From Lingula anatina (Eukaryota; Animalia; Brachiopoda), in contig CM120643.1 of assembly GCA_051362555.1 (NCBI GenBank), positions 13,428,644 through 13,492,643 on the forward strand: a DNA stretch of 64,000 nucleotides, in the 5' to 3' direction. The stretch's first letter is position 1. Every line of letters begins with the position of its first letter. Shown piece after piece: positions 43,704-64,000 of this stretch. Under the pieces are notes generated by a model. It had not been told where the DNA came from and ran no database searches. It was given only the letters and a program-made list of their open reading frames with translations. A program made the translations under genes and the position numbers.

Positions 43704-45854
43704 ATGCTTCATCCGCTCACTTTGAAGACCGCTCGAAGGCTGGAAGTTTTGGGAACAGAGAGGCCAAAACGACTGCAAGGTCTTCACAACTTTGTAAAAC
43801 CCCTGACAAGAGTTACCTATTTTTCTCCTCTGGTGGACGTCTTGAACAGTATTGCCCATGAAAATGACGAAAAATCCCATGTTCTGGTACAACGGGCCAA
43901 CATAGAGGTCAGTGACTTAATAAATGAAATACACCGTGCAGCTAAAGCAAAGTCAAAGAAGACAAATTCTAAGCTGGTGAAGATTGGACTACCCTTTTCA
44001 GATATTCAGAAAAACCCGCTGTCATCTGGGTTGAGAAAAAAGGATGTTTTTGACACAATTCACACGATCAGCCAGTCATTGACAAACTTTTTCAACGAAG
44101 AAAGACATACCCAAGAAGTTGATTCGGTAACAGTGTCCTCCACAAATAGAGTGCTGGATCTAGCTAAATTCAGTGACCTTTTTTCCTTAACCACAGATGT
44201 TCATGGAGGCTGGCACATCCTCAACAGTCTGTATGAAAGTGGCATAATCGAGCTGAACAAAGACAACACAATAAAGAAATACAACCTGCTGCCAGCTTCT
44301 GCTCTGGAAATCCTGAAGGTCATTGAGATGTGGAAGGAAAGTGATGTCCCCTTGGCTAGATGCAGCTTATTAAAATCAGAGGAGAGCCATTCTCAAGGGT
44401 TCACTTTCAGTTCTGTGTTTAAAGATTACTTAAAATCAAGAATGAAAGAAACACCACCGCCTTTTTATGGCTTTTATGGAATCACATGCCCAGCTGGTAA
44501 CACATGTGTTTCTGTTTTCAATGCTGAGCCATTGTATAATGTTAACATATGTCAGGTGTGTGATCAGATATTTGCTGACGGCACACAGTTGGCCAGCCAT
44601 GCCAAGGAACATCCAGGTTGTGTGGTTTTTGAATGTGGTAGATGTGACAGAATGTGTTGCGTTACAAATAGCCTTAACATCTCAAACCCTCCACCTGCTG
44701 CCAGCACTCCAGGAGGCCTAAGCAGTAAGACTAAAAGAAAATACTCAAATTCTGTAGAAACGGCTACTTGGCCAAAATACAGAAAGACAGAGACTGAAGG
44801 TGAAACAGATATTGGTGACAATCGTGACAAAAAAGAGAAGAAAATCCTCAAGGAATTGAAACTTAAACTGCAACAGTATTTAGAGTCTCAGCCTGAAAGT
44901 GCTGTTTTGTGTGATGTACCCAAGGAGGTGATTGCAGCCTTAACAATAGAGGCACTGCCTGCATTGCTTTACTTCCACCAGGTTCCAGAGTCAAGTCTCC
45001 CCAAGAACCTTGCTGAGCTAAATGAATTCCTGCAGCCCTACACGACTGTCACCTACATGATCAACACTGAAACTCTTTTTGAGATGCTGATAGGGCCAGC
45101 AAGTCCTTGGATTAACTATGATAGTATGGGCCGTTCTCTGTCTTATGGCACCACGGGGCGTGGAGTTTCGTACAATGAGAGCGCTATGTTGGAAGTCAAA
45201 GATGGGCAAATTGTGCAAAAAATTCCGGTCGATGGAGAATTGCTCTACAAAGTTCAAAAGAAGAGTGCACAAATGCCATTGAAGTCACATAAACAACGTA
45301 AGCGCTTCAGAAATCAGAAGAGCAGAAAACAACCAAGAAGAAAAGGCTTGAAGATAAGATTAACATGTGTTAATGGAAAATCTGTCAGCACTGCTGTGAG
45401 TCAGATAGTCAGGCTAGCCCAGGAAAGAAACTCCACACTGCTTCTGTCATCTGATGTAACATCTGCAAAGGAACGAGTTCTGTTTTGGTTGAAAGACTTA
45501 TATAATAGCACCCTCTCTGCTTCATCTGCACGCATTCTAACTGGAGCGAGCTTGGTCACAAAATTGGTCCATCTTTGTACTGAATTTGTTGAATTGAGCA
45601 CAGAGTCCATTGTCCAGGAACTGGTCAAGGAGGACTATCTGGCTGTCCAGGGGGAGAGGGTTCTATATTCAGGCACCACTACAGCCACCCCATCAGCAGG
45701 ATTAAGTCTGGAGAAGAGCCTTCATGTCCAGTACTTAAAAGAACTGGATGACCGGTGTTTAAACAGAAAGGCTGGTGTGATGGACTTGATGTCATATGAG
45801 AAGTTTAAGGAGCAACATGAAAAGCATGAGGAAAAGAAGGGAAAATATAGATAA
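43704..45854 (+). CDS. Uncharacterised single-exon ~716-aa protein with one C2H2 zinc finger, extra Cys cluster, basic NLS-like tracts and an internal repeat
   Basis: 2151-nt uninterrupted ORF from the first ATG (AAAATG, 43704); CQVC-x12-H-x3-H at 44550-44612; AATAAA at 46022 and 46275; no RT, transposase or integrase motif recognised. Confidence 0.88.
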   Translation: MLHPLTLKTARRLEVLGTERPKRLQGLHNFVKPLTRVTYFSPLVDVLNSIAHENDEKSHVLVQRANIEVSDLINEIHRAAKAKSKKTNSKLVKIGLPFSDIQKNPLSSGLRKKDVFDTIHTISQSLTNFFNEERHTQEVDSVTVSSTNRVLDLAKFSDLFSLTTDVHGGWHILNSLYESGIIELNKDNTIKKYNLLPASALEILKVIEMWKESDVPLARCSLLKSEESHSQGFTFSSVFKDYLKSRMKETPPPFYGFYGITCPAGNTCVSVFNAEPLYNVNICQVCDQIFADGTQLASHAKEHPGCVVFECGRCDRMCCVTNSLNISNPPPAASTPGGLSSKTKRKYSNSVETATWPKYRKTETEGETDIGDNRDKKEKKILKELKLKLQQYLESQPESAVLCDVPKEVIAALTIEALPALLYFHQVPESSLPKNLAELNEFLQPYTTVTYMINTETLFEMLIGPASPWINYDSMGRSLSYGTTGRGVSYNESAMLEVKDGQIVQKIPVDGELLYKVQKKSAQMPLKSHKQRKRFRNQKSRKQPRRKGLKIRLTCVNGKSVSTAVSQIVRLAQERNSTLLLSSDVTSAKERVLFWLKDLYNSTLSASSARILTGASLVTKLVHLCTEFVELSTESIVQELVKEDYLAVQGERVLYSGTTTATPSAGLSLEKSLHVQYLKELDDRCLNRKAGVMDLMSYEKFKEQHEKHEEKKGKYR

Positions 45855-46600
45855 AGGTGAAAGAGATAGATTAAAGGTTTAATTGTGTCCTGTGAAAAGT
45901 GACAAAGAGAAGCAAAATATGCTAGTAGAAGAACCATAAATAGAGGTTAGGAGAGGTTCAAATGTAATAGACCATTATTTGATGAAAAAGTTCACATTTT
46001 TACTTATTAAAGACTAGCACCAATAAATATCCTGGCAATGAGCCTAAGCAGTAAAATTAAGAGTAGCTCTACTTTTTACGTTTAAATTAAATCACATCAT
46101 GTCTAAATATTAGAAGTAAGACAATGACTCAATCTTTTGAATGGGAAAAATTGTGAATTTTACAGGAACTGTATGTTTTCAACTCATTTATTCTTTAAAA
46201 TGGAACATTTCTATTGAGTTATACTTGTAGCAACAAAATTGAAAAGCAGGCTACTCTATAGTTTAATTCTGTACAATAAAAATAAGACAAATGGTATTAT
46301 ATATATAGCAAGCGTGCATGTGGTACTATATATACCAAAATTATGTACCTGAAAGATTGATAATTTTTCCCCATTGAAAAGATTGAGCTATTATCGTTTA
46401 TGCATCACCAGTTTGACTTAATAATAATATTTAGTATTTATCACCCCTCCCACAAGGCTGGCCACATTTTTAAAATGTAAAATGGCTTTGACTTAAACCC
46501 AGTCTAAGCACACTTAAAGTTCTAGAGCAGGCTGGAAATGCCAATACTAGAAAACAGCTCAAGTTTTAGTGCAGGTCTACTAAATAATGTTGGAATTATT

Positions 46601-46946
46601 TTAAAGGAATAACAACTTCATTTTGGGCAAAAAAATGGATTTTCTAGGGGTAAACGACAATTTTCCCACACTTAGCAATGGTAAATGAATCCTTTCAACA
46701 TTTAGTTAGTCCATGTTTTTTTTTAAGTTTAATTTTTCGTAAATATCTGTTGAGAGATTATTGCAAAAGGTAGTCATCTATAGAGGATTAGAGGTAAGGT
46801 GGTCCAATGGCAAGCACATATTCACAAAATAATTGCGATAACTGCCGTTTTGGTGGTGAAATGGAATTTATTATATTTCTGTGAGTTGTTTACCATGTAT
46901 TTAATGTGAAATACAAATCTCATATGAAGAGTTGTTATCCTTTTAA
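46601..46946. mobile_element. TTAA-target MITE, copy 3
   Basis: TTAA | AGGAATAACAACTTCAT ... ATGAAGAGTTGTTATCCTT | TTAA; colinear with 28706-29051. Confidence 0.85.
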
Positions 46947-47265
46947 AGATCGATATAGTCATAATTGATTAACCATTGTTAACATTTTTAAGTATGTAGG
47001 ATAAAAGGACTGATGGTTAATATGTCACTGGTATATGAGACTTGTTCTTATAATCCTTGTCATATTAGCTATTGTAATTAGTGGTTTCGTTTTATATTGC
47101 AATGTTTTAATTTGTAAACATGTTACAGTAATTTTTAATTTTTATTTGTATATAATTGTTGATCTTTAATTGTTTTGATTTTCAAAATTTTGATGAATTT
47201 GATAACTTTTTGGTAAGACAGTAACTATGATACACTCAGATAAGTTTTTCGGTTTAAGTTGAGTC

Positions 47266-47330
47266 ACTGTGTCCTCTGGCACTTTCAGGAAAAACAAAAC
47301 TGTGTCCTCTGGCACTTTCAGGAAAAACAA
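47266..47330. repeat. 33-bp direct tandem duplication
   Basis: actgtgtcctctggcactttcaggaaaaacaa occurs twice in tandem. Confidence 0.95.
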
Positions 47331-48805
47331 CAGGAAGACTTATAATTGTATTTAATGAGTGCGTATGAAGGATGCCTTCCAGTGTTAATACAGTTAAAAA
47401 AATGAAATAAGTGACAGAAAAAAAAGATTTTCCCATGTCGATATAACATTATCATACATGCGCACATCATTGAAAAATGAATAAAGATTGACTCTGATTT
47501 TGGAACTCTACACGACGGTTGTGTGTGTTACTTCCTGCCGACATCACTCATTGATATCTTCTCAGTGCATTTTTCCCATATATCACCTGCGGAAAGCATA
47601 TCAGGCAGGTGTTTGGGGACGTCGTCTCTCCAACCAACTAAAGGTATAGACAGACCGCGGCTCTGGGTCAAAATAATAATAATAATAGTTATAATAATAA
47701 TAATAATAACTACTAAGAAGCAGATCAATCAACCCGATGAAGAACGGAGCAAGCGGCGTGAATTATTGTGAATTTTGGAACACATTGATCGAACGTCAGT
47801 ATCTTCACTTGAACGCATAACGCAGCCCGGACGACTCCCGAGGCCACGCCTGTTTGAGGGTAATTGATTTTGTTGCGTTATCTAGGTCCCAATACAGGCC
47901 TGCTGATACATCCCGAGGTTTGAGGACATTATAAGCTGACAATAACACCGACTTGTAAAATTTTGAGTCGTTTGTGGAATGAGTTTGCACGTGTGAAAAA
48001 TACAGTAAATATTTGTTCAAAAATACAAAGATGGAAATGGGGCATAAAATAAATCTTACCCCACTCGTTTATCAGAAACAAACTTTCGTCTTCCTGGTCC
48101 TATGCATTAGTTTGTTTAACATCATTGCCATTTCAAGTCAATATCAATATAAGAAGGAAAGATTGATAAGAAAATCTCTGCAAATATTTGATAGCGCGTT
48201 TTTGTAAACATTCTAGCTTGTATATCACAGCCATATCAATATCCAGACAAAAACCACTGTAATTCTTTAGCGATCTTTGAAATATACTTTATTTAAGACT
48301 GGCCTACATCTAGTCCTTGTGCAAGACACCTAAATTTTGGTCCGTCGGTATCACTTGGGCGACCATGGTTTATTGGTATCATGTAAAAGCTAATTTAATC
48401 AAGATTCAGTTCTTGCACTTTAAAATCAGAAGCTTTCGATGTGTTAATGAAAATTATATAAAGCCGTGTTGCTCAACTGTCAAATATCATCATATCCTTT
48501 AAATAAGGGCAGAAGTTATCAGAAATACAAATTTACCATTAATCATGACCTACATTCTCTTTTAAAATAACTTTATTGGCTTATTTTCCCTCACATTTGA
48601 CCTTAGGTGACCTTATTTGTTTACAGGTTATTGAATATTACAAGACACTCTTTACTGACTTCTTCAGAACTGTCCTTCAGCTGCATAATGATACATAAAC
48701 TATTGCTTTATCCTATTTTATTTTTATTTTATGGATGTTTACCTTCCCCCATTTTTAGAACCAGCCGTTTAAGCGACAAGGTGTTATATAATGGTAATAC
48801 ATAAG

Positions 48806-49084
48806 CAGGGGCGGATCCAGGATTATTTGAAGAGGGGGCGTGGGGCGTGGATGCGAAGCTTACTCCCCCCCCCCTCCTCCACTGGCGTGGGGTTCAGGGC
48901 CCCGAAAATTTTCGGTATTTTAGAGGGCGAACGGTGCTATTTGGTAGGGTTTAGAGCTATGATTCAGCTAGTCAAAATTCTAATTTCAAGAGGGGACCAT
49001 TGGTGTGATTTTTTTTTTCAGAAATCGAAGGGGGGGGGGGGGGGTCAGGACTCCCCTGACCCCCCCCCCCCAAATCTGCCACTG
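48806..49084. mobile_element. GC-rich MITE with CAG termini
   Basis: CAGGGGCGGATCC ... AAATCTGCCACTG imperfect TIR; flanks CATAAG / CATAAT; G- and C-run subterminal blocks. Confidence 0.75.
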
Positions 49085-50222
49085 CATAATAAAAGCTACT
49101 GATTTGGAAGTACATGAACTACCAAACAGAAACTGATTTCTGACTTAATGAGCTTTCACATGATGCATGTATAAATATACCTTGGTCACCCGATTTTTAG
49201 CGATGGGCTCTTCCTGACGGGCTAATTAGACTTTTTCATATCAAGCGGTACACTTAACCGATTTAAGCCATTATATTAGTTACCTTTGGAGGTATGGCCA
49301 AATACCATTACACGCATAAAATTGTTTCGAAAAACAAGTCCATTAGGAACAGTATCAATTCTGTATAAGGCATAAATTACATGTACTGTAGTATGGTTGA
49401 GGTAAAATTGCAATGTTAGCCACGCTGCCCTTATCAATGTTGGTCCTACTCGGCAAATTTGTCGTACATTAATACTTTACTATTCATTTTGTAAATTATT
49501 GATGGACGTAGTAATAAAACTACAAACTGTTAAAATTCCTTTAAAAAGAAGAACAAAAGGCGTTGAAATATAATCTTACATGCAGCTTCAAGAAGTGCGA
49601 TAAAATTGAAATACATTAATGTAGTTTATAAATTTATAAATTTTTTAAAAAGCATACATTTTCAAGTTATCTAAATTGGCTATCTAAATGTAAGTTTTTG
49701 TGTTTAACTGGTTGTTTAAATTTATTATTATTATATGACTATTTAGTGATCAGTCAACTCGTGATATCGTATCTAGAAGGCCAACCAGCATGTCGTGATT
49801 TAATTGAAGAAAAAAGACAGAAGTTCTTACACGTCGTAGTAAAAATATTTCACAGCATATTAAAAATGCATTTGAAGTCAAATTTTTGCCACAGAAGCCG
49901 ACCAAATGCCACCATAAAATTTCAAATAGTAAAACTTTGATAAATGCGAAAAGGCATCGTTTCATATTAATATTACCTTAGTTATAATTTATATATGTTT
50001 TGAAGGTATCGACCGTTTGAAGTGATTTAGCCTGCCCGTGACCTTGGCTGACCTTAACCACCATTAATAACCCTTATCTCTGGTTCCTCATAGCTACGCA
50101 AATATGGTACGTCGGGAAACAGCACAACTGATAACCATTTATAAAGCCACGATTTAAAAAAATACCATGTTCATATACTCACAAAGCACACTGTAGTTGA
50201 AGTTAGGATTTTATTTTATTCT

Positions 50223-63670
<13,448 letters not shown>

Positions 63671-64000
63671 GTAACTTTCACACCGTCCCACATGTTAAAC
63701 TTTTTGTGGAGTTAATGGGGAAAATAAAATAGATAAATAAAATGTGATAAAACTACCCTGCGCCTCACTCCCAAAAAGGCAACATACGCAGGCCCTCTGA
63801 ACCATTCATTTTTCTAAAATGTAATCAGGAGTCTTAATTGTAAACTGGACGTTGACGTACGGCGCGTTCCGTTTAGCGTTGTGTTCATGCATTTTACTTC
63901 GATTGCACACTATATAGGCAATATATACGTCTTTCATTGATAGCCTAGTCTGGACACATCGTGCGTTCATGGCAGTATACTGCATTTCGTTTTTGTTTTC

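Noticed and set aside
47740-50222. Possible 5' UTR exons of the MAM/SRCR gene (donor near 47860, acceptors near 48627 and 50005)
   Set aside because: Splice-like signals only; cannot be supported without transcripts.

Overview
Intron-rich, AT-rich animal genomic DNA; a lophotrochozoan/mollusc-like invertebrate is my inference from gene and repeat content. Six protein-coding genes: SPT16/SUPT16H (minus, 3' end runs off the left edge) head-to-head with TRAPPC2L (plus, carries a U12-type intron); TOP1 (minus, complete, one GC-AG intron); an Aurora-A-like kinase (minus) head-to-head with an unrecognised intronless ~716-aa gene that has a central C2H2 finger and an apparent two-fold internal repeat; and a signal-peptide MAM/SRCR/LDLa mosaic gene (plus, runs off the right edge). 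Non-coding content read from the introns: two SNORD104/snR58-like C/D snoRNA copies in TOP1, three to four H/ACA sno/scaRNA candidates in SPT16, a 6.8-kb Helentron/HINE-like element with a 161-bp satellite and higher-order repeats plus a nested 6-bp-TSD TIR element, three TTAA MITEs, RTE LINE tails and two partial exon duplications. All identifications are by eye and from recalled family motifs; no database search was run, and exon boundaries may be off by a few bases.
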